Shown one piece after another: positions 9,540-18,946 of a stretch of 64,000 nucleotides of DNA. Both the position numbers and the translations under genes were made by a program. Source of the stretch: an uncultured Lachnospiraceae bacterium (GTDB lineage Bacteria; Bacillota; Clostridia; TANB77; CAG-508); the NCBI GenBank assembly GCA_964470175.1, contig CAYYBL010000002.1, positions 7,176-71,175 on the forward strand. The letters are read 5' to 3'. Numbering within the stretch: the stretch's first letter is position 1; each line of letters starts with the position of its first letter. Below the pieces are notes generated by a model that worked only from the letters and a program-made list of their open reading frames with translations, was not told the origin of the DNA and made no database searches.

Positions 9540-9791
9540 ATGTCATACACATCGTACAAAGTGTGCAACCCAAAAGATCTTGTCCATATCCTACAAGACC
9601 ATGGTGGGAAGATTGATGGTGTCGTAGTCATCGATGGAGATGACCAGGCACTTGGCTACTATAGTCTTGAGTTCCAAAATGATTCTTTTGATGGAACCGT
9701 ACTAGTATATCGGAATGGAGTATACCAGCACACCGTAAAAATCAAGGACATCAAACATTCTTTGTATGTTCCTACTAAAGATGATGATTAA
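9540..9791 (+). CDS. hypothetical protein (83 aa)
   Basis: ORF in the same GC-elevated islet, followed by a terminator; no recognisable motif. Confidence 0.4.
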   Translation: MSYTSYKVCNPKDLVHILQDHGGKIDGVVVIDGDDQALGYYSLEFQNDSFDGTVLVYRNGVYQHTVKIKDIKHSLYVPTKDDD

Positions 9792-9794
9792 GAA

Positions 9795-9838
9795 CCCAAA
9801 AAGCACCCTGGCGGCTATTTTTGCCAGGGTGTCTTTTT
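9795..9838. terminator. bidirectional terminator (CACCCTGGC/GCCAGGGTG)
   Basis: 9-bp GC-rich stem with an A-run 5' and a T-run 3'; serves the convergent 9540..9791 gene and leuS. Confidence 0.6.
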
Positions 9839-12254
9839 ATTTTACAACAATATTATATATTCTGCCTTCAACATATATTTCTTTCACTATAGTTTTTCCA
9901 TCTAGCTTACTCATAATAGATTCATCTTTTTCAAATGCATCTCTTACATCTTCCTTTGTGGCATCTTTTGATACCTTTACACTTCCTTTTAATTTTCCGT
10001 TTATTTGTATAGGTATTTCAATTTCTTCATCAATAATTTTAGTTTTATCATATGTAAGCCATGGTTCATATGCAATAGTGTCATCATGTCCAAGTTTATT
10101 CCACATTTCTTCTGCAAGATGTGGAGCAAATGGTGAAAGTAATAACACAAATTGTTCTAATTCCTCTTTTAATATATATCCATCTTTGTAAAAAACATTA
10201 ATCATTGTCATAAATGTAGATACACATGTATTAAAATGCATTAGTTCAATGTCTTCCGTAACCTTTTTTATTGCTTTATTCATCATAATTTCATGTTTTG
10301 TCTTATCTCCATCATGTGGTAAGTCCAATAATTTCCATACACGAGCAAGAAATTTATTACATCCTCTAATGCTATCTATAGACCATGGAGCTGTTTGATC
10401 AAACGGTCCCATAAACATTTCATATACTCTTAAAGTATCAGCACCATATTCTGCAACCATATCATCAGGATTTATAACATTTCCTTTAGATTTACTCATT
10501 TTTTCGCCATTCTCACCAAGTATCATACCATGTGATGTACGCTTCATATATGGTTCTTTTGTAGGAACCACACCAATATCATATAAAAACTTATGCCAAA
10601 ATCTTGAATAAAGTAAATGCAAAGTAGTATGCTCCATACCACCATTATACCAGTCAACTGGTGTAAAATAATCAAGTGCTTCTTTTGAAGCTAATACTTT
10701 ATCATTCTTTGGATCAACATATCTTAAATAATACCATGAAGACCCTGCCCATTGTGGCATAGTATCTGTCTCACGTGTAGCTTTTCCTCCACATTTTGGA
10801 CAAGTTGTGTTTACCCATTCTTTGTGTTTAGCAAGTGGAGATTCTCCATTTTCGCCTGGTTCATAATCTTCTACATTTGGAAGTTCAAGTGGAAGTTCAC
10901 TTTCTGGAATAGGCTCCCATCCACATTTTTCACAATATACCATAGGTATAGGTTCTCCCCAATAACGTTGTCTTGAAAATACCCAATCACGAAGCTTATA
11001 ATTTACTTTTTTATTTCCAATATCATTTTTTTCTACATATTCACACATTTTAGAGATAGACTCTTCTTTTCCAAGACCATTTAAAAAGCCAGAATTTATA
11101 TGTATACCATCACCAATATAAGCTTCTTTTTCTATATCTCCACCTTCGATTACAGGTATTATTTTTATATCAAATTTCTTTGCAAACTCATAATCTCTTT
11201 CATCATGTGCAGGTACAGCCATAATAGCACCTGTACCATATGTAATTAGTACATAATCTGAAACCCATATAGGAATCTTAGTATCATTTATAGGGTTATA
11301 TGCCTCTATACCTTTTATCTCAACACCAGTTTTTTCTTTATTTAATTCAGATCTTTCAAAATTTGATTTTAGACTTGCTTCTTTTTGGTATGATTTTATA
11401 TCATCTATGTTTTTGATCTCTTTTTCATATGTTTTCAAAATAGGATGCTCTGGTGCAATAACCATGTATGTAGCTCCAAAAATAGTATCAGGCCTTGTAG
11501 TATATACTCTCAACTTTTCATCTACTTTTTTCCCATCTACATACAACCCAAAATCAACTTCTGCACCTTCACTTCTACCTATCCAATTTTTTTGTTGTAT
11601 TTTTATCTTGTCAAGATAATCAACATCATCAAGGTCTTTTATAAGTCTTTCTGCATACTCAGTAATTTTAAGCATCCATTGACTTTTTTCCTTTTGTACT
11701 ACTGTACTTCCACATCTTTCACACTTACCATTTACGACTTCTTCATTTGAAAGACCTACTTTACATCCTGTACAGAAATTTATAGGCATAGTAGTTTTGT
11801 ACGCTAACCCATGTTTATACAATTGAATGAAAATCCATTGTGTCCATTTGTAATAATTTGGATCAGTGGTATTTGTTTCTCTATCCCAATCAAAAGAAAA
11901 TCCTAAAGACTTTAATTGTCTTCTAAAATTCTCAACATTTTTCTCTGTAGTAATTTTAGGATGAACGTGATTTTTTATCGCATAATTTTCAGCTGGCAGT
12001 CCAAATGCATCAAAACCTATTGGGTACAAGACATTGTATCCTTGCATCCTTCTTTTCCTTGCAACTATATCCATAGCTGTATATGAACGAGGATGACCTA
12101 CATGAAGTCCTTGGCCTGATGGATATGGAAATTCTATTAGTCCATACCATTTTTTCTTAGACTTATCGAGGTTTGTACTGAATGTCTTATTATCTTCCCA
12201 AAATTTTTGCCATTTCTTTTCGATATCTTTAAAATTGTAGGTATTATCTGCCAT
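9837..12254 (-). CDS. leuS: leucine--tRNA ligase
   Basis: Classic LeuRS N-terminus [21 protein letters not shown] and KMSKS and HxGH blocks. Start moved to the internal ATG (12252-12254) preceded by AGGAGGAAG; the 21 codons upstream lack an RBS. Confidence 0.9.
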   Translation of the reverse strand: MADNTYNFKDIEKKWQKFWEDNKTFSTNLDKSKKKWYGLIEFPYPSGQGLHVGHPRSYTAMDIVARKRRMQGYNVLYPIGFDAFGLPAENYAIKNHVHPKITTEKNVENFRRQLKSLGFSFDWDRETNTTDPNYYKWTQWIFIQLYKHGLAYKTTMPINFCTGCKVGLSNEEVVNGKCERCGSTVVQKEKSQWMLKITEYAERLIKDLDDVDYLDKIKIQQKNWIGRSEGAEVDFGLYVDGKKVDEKLRVYTTRPDTIFGATYMVIAPEHPILKTYEKEIKNIDDIKSYQKEASLKSNFERSELNKEKTGVEIKGIEAYNPINDTKIPIWVSDYVLITYGTGAIMAVPAHDERDYEFAKKFDIKIIPVIEGGDIEKEAYIGDGIHINSGFLNGLGKEESISKMCEYVEKNDIGNKKVNYKLRDWVFSRQRYWGEPIPMVYCEKCGWEPIPESELPLELPNVEDYEPGENGESPLAKHKEWVNTTCPKCGGKATRETDTMPQWAGSSWYYLRYVDPKNDKVLASKEALDYFTPVDWYNGGMEHTTLHLLYSRFWHKFLYDIGVVPTKEPYMKRTSHGMILGENGEKMSKSKGNVINPDDMVAEYGADTLRVYEMFMGPFDQTAPWSIDSIRGCNKFLARVWKLLDLPHDGDKTKHEIMMNKAIKKVTEDIELMHFNTCVSTFMTMINVFYKDGYILKEELEQFVLLLSPFAPHLAEEMWNKLGHDDTIAYEPWLTYDKTKIIDEEIEIPIQINGKLKGSVKVSKDATKEDVRDAFEKDESIMSKLDGKTIVKEIYVEGRIYNIVVK

Positions 12255-12268
12255 ATCTCTTCCTCCTA

Positions 12269-12299
12269 AAAAAAAATACGAAACCACAATAAAGTTTCG
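12269..12299 (-). promoter_or_regulatory. terminator-like hairpin + U9 in the leuS 5' leader (no T-box motif found)
   Basis: Minus-strand CGAAAC-tttattgtg-GTTTCG followed by TATTTTTTTTT, ending ~12 nt before the leuS RBS. No GGGTGGTACCGCG-like T-box sequence upstream. Confidence 0.4.
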
Positions 12300-12445
12300 C
12301 ATTGTATTATATACCATTTTCAGCTAAAAAACAATATTTTTATTGACTATATCATTTTTATGTTTAAAAGAATTTAAAAAATAACTTTACTTTATACTCA
12401 AATTTTACTATAATAGCTTCGTAACTCATATGTAGAAGCATTAAA

Positions 12446-12688
12446 ATGCCTTTATGGAACGAACGTATCAAACTACGACTAGGGAAAGGAGACTGTTTGA
12501 AAAACACATCTAGTGACACCCAAAAGCTTCCTGTTGACTCGCGTTTTGAAGGACGCACTAAAGGAGCAAAAAGACAAAGCTCTTCGCGTAAAAAACTAAG
12601 CATCTATGATCAGATTTCACGTTATGAAAAAGACTGGATTGACGATGATAGTTACTATGATGAAGGTGACGATGAAGAGTTTGATTGA
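12446..12688 (+). CDS. small hypothetical protein (80 aa; basic N-half, acidic DWIDDDSYYDEGDDEEFD tail)
   Basis: Lone plus-strand ORF between minus-strand genes; GC ~42% against ~30% background. Weak promoter TTTACT-N17-TATAAT at ~12386-12414 and a strong terminator downstream. The ATG lacks an RBS; an in-frame TTG at ~12497 has AAAGGAG. Confidence 0.35.
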   Translation: MPLWNERIKLRLGKGDCLKNTSSDTQKLPVDSRFEGRTKGAKRQSSSRKKLSIYDQISRYEKDWIDDDSYYDEGDDEEFD

Positions 12689-12706
12689 CAATTAAATAAA
12701 CAGTTT

Positions 12707-12750
12707 AAAAAAGGTTGTGATGCATCACTTTGCATCACAACCTCTTTTTA
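12707..12750. terminator. bidirectional terminator (GGTTGTGATGCA/TGCATCACAACC)
   Basis: 12-bp perfect stem with an A-run 5' and a T-run 3'. Confidence 0.65.
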
Positions 12751-13533
12751 TTCAAATCTTTCCTTTTTCCTTGGGTTTATTTTATATTCTACTTCAAATT
12801 TGTCAAATAAATCTAAATGATTTCCCTCCATACACGCCAAAAATGTTTCAAGTTCATCTTGTGTCTTACATGCTGTTATAACAGCTGGATGAAGTTTTTT
12901 CTCAGCCATTAAATCAAGTCCATACAAAAATGCTTTTGAAAAGCTTGATTTTTCTTTGTTTTTCATTAATTTAAAACCTTCTCTAAATCTTGAAAAACTA
13001 TGGTTTGAATATTTTTTTAGTGGTACAGAAAAATCACCTTCAATAACATCATCAGCAGTTTGATAACCTTCATACTGCAATCCATACTGGACATCATCAA
13101 TAGTATATGGTAAAAAAACTTTCTTCTCTTTTTCTGATATTATAAGCTTCTTTGAAGTTAGTGCATAATAGTTTTTTGTAACAGATATATTTTCATCATC
13201 TTCTTCTACAAAATCAGTCTCTACTACTTTTTTATCTACTAGTGTAACATCTTCATGCTTTTCTTTTTCTTCTTTAGGCTCTTCCAAAAACTCTACACTA
13301 TTTTCTAAAGTTATACCCTCTTGTTTTGGCTCCTCCTCGAAATTGTTTATATCTATTTCTTCAACTTCTTCTTGTTCATTAGTATCTTCTAAAGAAATAT
13401 AATCATTCTTTTTTATTTTATTATCAGCAAGTTCTTCATTTAAAAGATCATATAGTTTTTTATTAAATAAATTTTTTCCTACTATAGTATCCATAAAATC
13501 ATCTTTATTCACTTCATCTTTTCCTTGGTTCAT
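12748..13533 (-). CDS. hypothetical acidic protein (261 aa), last gene of a 4-gene operon
   Basis: 19-nt gap from the upstream gene; E/D-rich N-half and a conserved-looking C-half; no recognisable motif. Confidence 0.5.
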   Translation of the reverse strand: MNQGKDEVNKDDFMDTIVGKNLFNKKLYDLLNEELADNKIKKNDYISLEDTNEQEEVEEIDINNFEEEPKQEGITLENSVEFLEEPKEEKEKHEDVTLVDKKVVETDFVEEDDENISVTKNYYALTSKKLIISEKEKKVFLPYTIDDVQYGLQYEGYQTADDVIEGDFSVPLKKYSNHSFSRFREGFKLMKNKEKSSFSKAFLYGLDLMAEKKLHPAVITACKTQDELETFLACMEGNHLDLFDKFEVEYKINPRKKERFE

Positions 13534-13552
13534 ATTTATACCTCTTAGATAA

Positions 13553-14623
13553 TTAATTCACGCCTAATCTAAATATATATACAAGTTTATTTTTTGTAGG
13601 CAAAACAAATATAGTTTCTTTATCATTTTTATGTTCCATCATAAGTATTGGCTCTTGAACAGTATCTCTTATCTCTAATAAATCAACGAAACTATCAAGA
13701 TTTAATTGCTGATAGCCTGTCATATCAAAGTCGTTATTTAGCTTTTGTATATATGTTCTATAATTATTTACAATTCTCTTTAATTCTGTTTTATACTCAT
13801 TTTCACTTGTCTTTGTACCTATTATATATCTTACAAGCCTAACAATTGTGAATGCATCAAAGATTATACAAATAGCTATAACAATTAACATCTTTTTGTT
13901 TGCTTCGCTATCACTTTTCTTAATTCTATTTTCTGTATCCAACATGTCACAGTTTATATCTATTGTCATTGTTTTTTCAGTAAGTGGTATTGAAAGAGAT
14001 ACGACCTTTCTATTATTAATTTTTTCAGTAGCACCTTCTACACTTACATATAATGATACATCCAAAGTATTCTCAAGATTAGCAAGTTTATAATCAGAGG
14101 CAAGTAGTGAAACTAAATCATTATATGAATTATAATCAATTGACACATTTTCCTTTATTGTAACACTATTTGCATCCATCACAGTCTGCTTATCTTTATT
14201 TAAAAGTTCAACTTCTTTTGTATAAATTGGTTCTTCTGAACTCTTTTCTTTCACATATACTTCAGCCATTATTTTATAACTATAACTTAAATTTGATTTT
14301 TCATCTATTTTAAATTCATAATTCATTACTGCATCTATGTGATCAACTAATGATGCTATATATCTATTATCCTCACCTAAAGCATTATTTTCAAAATAAT
14401 TATTTTGTTTAAGTGCAACAGAATAATCGACATCGCTCTTTTCTGTGTAACTTATATAGTTTTCTTTTGCTTTAATTATATATATGCTTAAAAAAACTAT
14501 TATAAGTATTGACCAAACAACTATCATCTTAACGTAATTATAAATGTTTTTCTTTCTTTTTCTTTCTTTTCTATTTGTCTTTAGTTCTTCAAGAATAATG
14601 CTTTTTGCTTCATCCTTTTCCAT
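13553..14623 (-). CDS. hypothetical bitopic membrane protein (N-terminal TM, ~200-aa ectodomain, second TM, cytoplasmic tail)
   Basis: Hydrophobic segments at ~aa 33-52 and ~245-268; tightly linked (21-nt gap) to the signal-peptidase gene. Confidence 0.5.
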   Translation of the reverse strand: MEKDEAKSIILEELKTNRKERKRKKNIYNYVKMIVVWSILIIVFLSIYIIKAKENYISYTEKSDVDYSVALKQNNYFENNALGEDNRYIASLVDHIDAVMNYEFKIDEKSNLSYSYKIMAEVYVKEKSSEEPIYTKEVELLNKDKQTVMDANSVTIKENVSIDYNSYNDLVSLLASDYKLANLENTLDVSLYVSVEGATEKINNRKVVSLSIPLTEKTMTIDINCDMLDTENRIKKSDSEANKKMLIVIAICIIFDAFTIVRLVRYIIGTKTSENEYKTELKRIVNNYRTYIQKLNNDFDMTGYQQLNLDSFVDLLEIRDTVQEPILMMEHKNDKETIFVLPTKNKLVYIFRLGVN

Positions 14624-14644
14624 TTTAGCATTCTCCTTCGCATA

Positions 14645-15775
14645 TTAATGATTAAAGAGTTGATTTACCCAAAGTGTAGGGTATCCCATATATCTCAACC
14701 TAACTTTTCCAATTCCTATAATATCTTCTCTAGTAATGTAACCATCATCATTTGTATCATTTGCATCGCCTTTTGTGATATATATTGTCTTGCCCATTCT
14801 TTCTTTTATAGATACTACCCTATGAATATATTGCGTGTTTCCTTTTCTAAAAGCAATAACATCATATTGTTTTATCATGTCATTCTTTCCAAGTTTTTCA
14901 AAAACTAAACAGTCTCCTTTATTTAAGGTACCATTCATACTGCTTGATCCAACAACAAACATTCCAAATTTTAATTGATTTGAAAGAAACATTATGAAAA
15001 CAAGAATAATTACAGATGCAACTACAAATTTAGTATTATCCATACTTAATTCTTCACTCATACCTATATTTTCTATCATCCTTTTTGAAAAATACTTTCT
15101 CAAGAAAACATATATAATATAAGGATAAACAAATCTTACAAAATTAACTAAAAATTGATATACATCTGGAATCACTGGAATGACATACATATATAGCATA
15201 ATAATCAACTTAAATACGATTATCGGTTCATGATAAAATCTATATGATATGTAATTATACAAAATATTGAAAGAAATTGATGGTAAAATAACATATCCTA
15301 GATTTGCTAAAAAACCAGAAAGTGTAGTCAAATCATAAATACCAGCATATATAGCCATATCCACTATAAACATACCTATAAATGTAAGTACATCTATCCC
15401 TTTAACTTCTTGTTGAATCAAAGATGATCTAATATATTCCATCGAAATTACTATAACAATAATAGGTATAATGTTGTATAGCAAACTTTTTGTACTAAAC
15501 CTAAAGCGTGAATTATAAAATCCATAATGAAAACCTAACAGATAATATAATCCAAGATATATAAGAGCAAAAACAAGCATCATCCATATTACTTGTTTGT
15601 ATGTTGAATTTCTAACTTTCCTTTTCTTAACAATAACTTTAGTAATTATTGCTAAGAAAAATAAACTTATAGCAAGTATAACTTTTACTTTTTCAAAAGT
15701 GAAAACTATAGAAAGAAGAGTAATAATAATTAAAATGATAGAAATCGCATATATTTTCAATTTATCATTTGTCAT
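14645..15775 (-). CDS. SipW-type (Ser/His, ER-like) signal peptidase I fused to a ~270-aa N-terminal polytopic membrane domain
   Basis: C-terminal domain carries GSSSMNGTL (box B, catalytic Ser), YIHRVV (His where P-type enzymes have the KR Lys) and TKGDANDTNDD (GDN box). The N-terminal ~270 aa contain ~8 predicted TM helices. Confidence 0.6.
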   Translation of the reverse strand: MTNDKLKIYAISIILIIITLLSIVFTFEKVKVILAISLFFLAIITKVIVKKRKVRNSTYKQVIWMMLVFALIYLGLYYLLGFHYGFYNSRFRFSTKSLLYNIIPIIVIVISMEYIRSSLIQQEVKGIDVLTFIGMFIVDMAIYAGIYDLTTLSGFLANLGYVILPSISFNILYNYISYRFYHEPIIVFKLIIMLYMYVIPVIPDVYQFLVNFVRFVYPYIIYVFLRKYFSKRMIENIGMSEELSMDNTKFVVASVIILVFIMFLSNQLKFGMFVVGSSSMNGTLNKGDCLVFEKLGKNDMIKQYDVIAFRKGNTQYIHRVVSIKERMGKTIYITKGDANDTNDDGYITREDIIGIGKVRLRYMGYPTLWVNQLFNH

Positions 15776-15811
15776 TACTATTACCTCTCCTTTCTTTAAA
15801 TTTTTGGGTTA

Positions 15812-16348
15812 TTAGTCTACTACTGGTTCTGCAGTAAATGTTACTGTAATTGTTGCTGATTGATCTGAAGCAATAGGAGTTTGTATACATGCAACTGTAA
15901 TATCTTCTACTCTTGAATCTCCTGATGATATAACATCTTCGCTTTCACGTGGACTTACAACTACATTAAAATAATCCTCATTAGAATTTTGTATTTGTAT
16001 AGATGTTATTTTTGCTCCAACATCATCTACTGATTCATTACTTATAGTATATGGTACAGTTATAGCATCACCAATTTTTGTGAATCCATCTATTGTAATT
16101 GTTGCTGTTCTACCAGTTGAATCAGTTGTATCGATAGTTCCAGTAGCTGTAGCTGTAGTTGTAGTGCCAGCTATTACATCTGGTGTTCCAACTGCTGAAA
16201 AAATTACATTAAAGTTAGAATCTGAAGCTACTGCTGTAGCAGTACCATTAATCGTCAATGTTTGATTAGATATTGCAGCATAACCAATTGCTAAAAGGAT
16301 AACTACAAGAATAACTAATAATCCAATTATTGCCTTCTTTTTTCTCAT
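15812..16348 (-). CDS. secreted T/A/I-rich protein with SipW-cognate-like signal peptide (TasA/camelysin-class N-terminus)
   Basis: MRKKKAIIGLLVILVVILLAIGYAA|ISNQ has a KKK n-region, a long h-region and an AxA-like site. Start set at the internal ATG with RBS GAGGGAAA; the listed ORF begins at an upstream TTG. First gene of the operon. Confidence 0.55.
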   Translation of the reverse strand: MRKKKAIIGLLVILVVILLAIGYAAISNQTLTINGTATAVASDSNFNVIFSAVGTPDVIAGTTTTATATGTIDTTDSTGRTATITIDGFTKIGDAITVPYTISNESVDDVGAKITSIQIQNSNEDYFNVVVSPRESEDVISSGDSRVEDITVACIQTPIASDQSATITVTFTAEPVVD

Positions 16349-16562
16349 TTGATTTCCCTCATATGACAAATGTCATACTTTTGCCTTTCTCCATTAATTA
16401 TATTGGTTTAATGGGACCCATTATTACAAATAATAATTACCATTCAAATTATATATTATATATATTTTTTTTTAAAGTCTTGAAACTCAATTAGTGATTA
16501 AGTTTCAGTTACTTTTACATTAAAAAAACTTAACATAAATTACAAAACTGTAACCAAAAAAT

Positions 16563-16592
16563 CCCAGATAAATCTGGGATCTTAATCTAAAA
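16563..16592 (-). terminator. Rho-independent terminator of ppaC (ATCCCAGA/TCTGGGAT + T-run on minus)
   Basis: 8-bp stem followed by TTTTTT on the minus strand directly after the ppaC stop. Confidence 0.6.
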
Positions 16593-16599
16593 CTAATTT

Positions 16600-17523
16600 C
16601 TATAATACATCCATAATATTTGGTAATATTTGTTTTTTTCTTGATACAACATTTTCAAGTGTTTTGGTATTGTTATACAATGTAACTCCAAAAGCTTTTT
16701 CAACGAGCTCCTGTTTTTCACCTAATGCAATAATCTTTGATTTTGCATTAAATATATCTGTGACCGTACAAACATACAAATCAAGATTTTTTTCTTTTAT
16801 TTTTGCATTAATTGCTTTTTCAAATTCATCTTGTCTTTGAAAAATTTCATTCATATCTATCGTGTTTATTTGAGATATTTCAAATTTTATATCCTTTTCA
16901 GAAAACTCCTTTGTGTCTATTTCTATCATTTGAAATGGTGTATATCCTGTATGATCAGCTCCTGCTGTAAGCATCTCTCTTCCATATTTTTCTATGTTTG
17001 AAATTTTAGCAATCTTTGCAAGAATCTCTGCATATTTTATATCTTGAATCGTACAAGTAGGTGATTTAAATAGCAAAGTATCTGAAATAATAGCACTAAG
17101 CATCAAACCCGCTGTCTGTTCATCTATCTTTACATCATTTTGCTTAAATAATTCATAAAGAATTGTAGCAGTACACCCAACAGGCTTTGTAATACAATAA
17201 ACAGGCTCTCTCATAGATACCTTTATTTTGTGATGGTCAATGATATACTTAATATTTGCATTTTGTATTCCATCTATGCTTTGTGAAGGCTCATTATTAT
17301 CTACCAAAGCTACATTATCATTTTGAGCAAGCCTTTCAAGTGTATCTGGTACAGGTACCTTGAATTTTTTTAAGACATATTCCGTTTCTTTATTTATTTT
17401 TCCAAGTTTAAACGGAATAGCATCATAACCATAGTCTAAAGAATTTAATAATCTTGAAAATACTATAGCTGATGTTATAGCATCTGTATCTGGGTTTTTA
17501 TGACCTAAAACATATATTTCCAT
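16600..17523 (-). CDS. ppaC: manganese-dependent inorganic pyrophosphatase (family II, DHH)
   Basis: MEIYVLGHKNPDTDAITSAIVFS...IIDHH are family-II PPase motifs. Start moved to the internal ATG with RBS GAGGAA. Confidence 0.85.
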   Translation of the reverse strand: MEIYVLGHKNPDTDAITSAIVFSRLLNSLDYGYDAIPFKLGKINKETEYVLKKFKVPVPDTLERLAQNDNVALVDNNEPSQSIDGIQNANIKYIIDHHKIKVSMREPVYCITKPVGCTATILYELFKQNDVKIDEQTAGLMLSAIISDTLLFKSPTCTIQDIKYAEILAKIAKISNIEKYGREMLTAGADHTGYTPFQMIEIDTKEFSEKDIKFEISQINTIDMNEIFQRQDEFEKAINAKIKEKNLDLYVCTVTDIFNAKSKIIALGEKQELVEKAFGVTLYNNTKTLENVVSRKKQILPNIMDVL

Positions 17524-17672
17524 TACTAAATTCCTCAACTTTCTCTTAAATTCTAAATCTAAGTATACCACAAAAACCCTCTAAGGTCAATTTTTACACA
17601 GAAAATTCACATTTCTATGTGTGTTTTACTATAATTACATAATAGATGGTACGTATATTTTACATCATGCGA

Positions 17673-17708
17673 AAAAGACTAGAAAATTCTAGTCTTTTAT
17701 TCTGTATT
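17673..17708. repeat. terminator-hairpin repeat A (AAAAGACTAGA-aaat-TCTAGTCTTTT..TGTATT)
   Basis: Near-identical to 18947-18983 in arms, flanks and trailing TGTATT; bidirectional terminator structure. Confidence 0.6.
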
Positions 17709-17725
17709 ATTATATATATCTTTTT

Positions 17726-18202
17726 TTAATAACTCATTTCCATTTGAACAAAATCTGAATAATTGCCAAATCTATCCTTAGATGTAACACTACCTACGAT
17801 TTTAAAACCAACATTTTGATAAGACTTAATAGCCCTTTTATTCCAACTTCTTACCTCTAAAAATAGTACATTTCTAGGATACCTTTTCTTTATCTCTTTG
17901 ATACTGTCATCTAAAAAGTATTTGCCTCTTCCTTGACCACAATACTTAGGATTTAATCCCACACCTACGTATAGTTTATTATTCATCGGCTTCATATTTA
18001 AATAGAACACTACCTCACTATCAATAATATAAACAATATAATTATCCTTTTTATCTTCTCTGACAATACCATACTTTTTTTCTTTACACACATCATAACT
18101 TGGCAAATTATAAACAGCATATTCACCTTCATAATTCCATTCAGTTATTTGTTTTGCATATTCCTCTTTCATAAAGTCTTTTATAATCTTATCATAATTC
18201 AT
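17726..18202 (-). CDS. GNAT family N-acetyltransferase
   Basis: GNAT acetyl-CoA-binding pattern VGVGLNPKYCGQGRGKYFL and a 158-aa length. Confidence 0.7.
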   Translation of the reverse strand: MNYDKIIKDFMKEEYAKQITEWNYEGEYAVYNLPSYDVCKEKKYGIVREDKKDNYIVYIIDSEVVFYLNMKPMNNKLYVGVGLNPKYCGQGRGKYFLDDSIKEIKKRYPRNVLFLEVRSWNKRAIKSYQNVGFKIVGSVTSKDRFGNYSDFVQMEMSY

Positions 18203-18229
18203 TGTTCTACCTGCCCATGTTCATTTATA

Positions 18230-18922
18230 CTATCTTTTTCGCAATTTAAGAGCAAGAAAAGAAGGTCTATTATATTCTTTTTCAGTGATATATGGTTCAT
18301 ATAATCCTTCTATATTAAATCCATTTTTTATTGCTATATTTATTAATTCTTCAAATCTTCTATGGTAAAAATCAAATGTACCATTAAAATAATTTCGTTC
18401 ACGCTTTGAGACATTACAATAATTATCTAGTTGAAATTTTAATTGATTATTATCAGTTACCCAACTACTCTCCCCTAATGAAGCAGTCGATATTGGATGA
18501 ACTTGTGAAAATACAAGCAATCCATCTTCATTTAAATGATGATTAATATCATTTAATAATTTATCATAATCTTCAATATAGTTAAAAACCATATCGCTAA
18601 ATACAATATCAAAAGATTCACTTATATCATTTAATTTTGCAATATCATGAACAAAATATTTGGTATTATCCTTAGAATTATTACTAATAGCATATTCTAT
18701 CACTTTGTTTGAAATATCAATTCCTACAACTCTTTTTGCCTTATCTGCCAATTCACGTGCAAAACAACCTATGCCACACCCAAGGTCCAGAACACTTTTA
18801 TTACTATATTCACCAATTATATCTATTAGTAACTTTCTTATTGTTTTATTATGTGGACTATTACTATCTATTCTACTATTTAAATACTCTTCAAAAACAT
18901 TTTCATCATTATAACTATTCAT
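18230..18922 (-). CDS. class I SAM-dependent methyltransferase
   Basis: Motif I VLDLGCGIGCFARELA and post-I DIVFSDMVFNY. Confidence 0.7.
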   Translation of the reverse strand: MNSYNDENVFEEYLNSRIDSNSPHNKTIRKLLIDIIGEYSNKSVLDLGCGIGCFARELADKAKRVVGIDISNKVIEYAISNNSKDNTKYFVHDIAKLNDISESFDIVFSDMVFNYIEDYDKLLNDINHHLNEDGLLVFSQVHPISTASLGESSWVTDNNQLKFQLDNYCNVSKRERNYFNGTFDFYHRRFEELINIAIKNGFNIEGLYEPYITEKEYNRPSFLALKLRKR

Positions 18923-18946
18923 TTCATCACCCTTTTGATCATAACA

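Noticed and set aside
9766-10191. 141-aa plus-strand ORF antisense to leuS, and similar antisense ORFs inside ppdK (19406..20287), mutL (57729..58253), malQ and others
   Set aside because: They lie entirely within well-supported long genes on the opposite strand. Their products are low-complexity (S/F/I-rich from antisense AT-rich codons) and they have no RBS.
12255-12700. T-box riboswitch upstream of leuS
   Set aside because: Searched the minus strand for the T-box consensus (AATTAGGGTGGTACCGCG) and specifier-loop features; only a weak TTGGGTGTCAC match >200 nt from the terminator. Reported instead as a leader hairpin of unknown type.
14645-15775. N-terminal polytopic domain of the signal-peptidase fusion as a CPBP/CAAX protease
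   Set aside because: Looked for EExxxR, FxxxH and HxxxN/D motifs; only loose matches (EYIR, FYH). Left unassigned.
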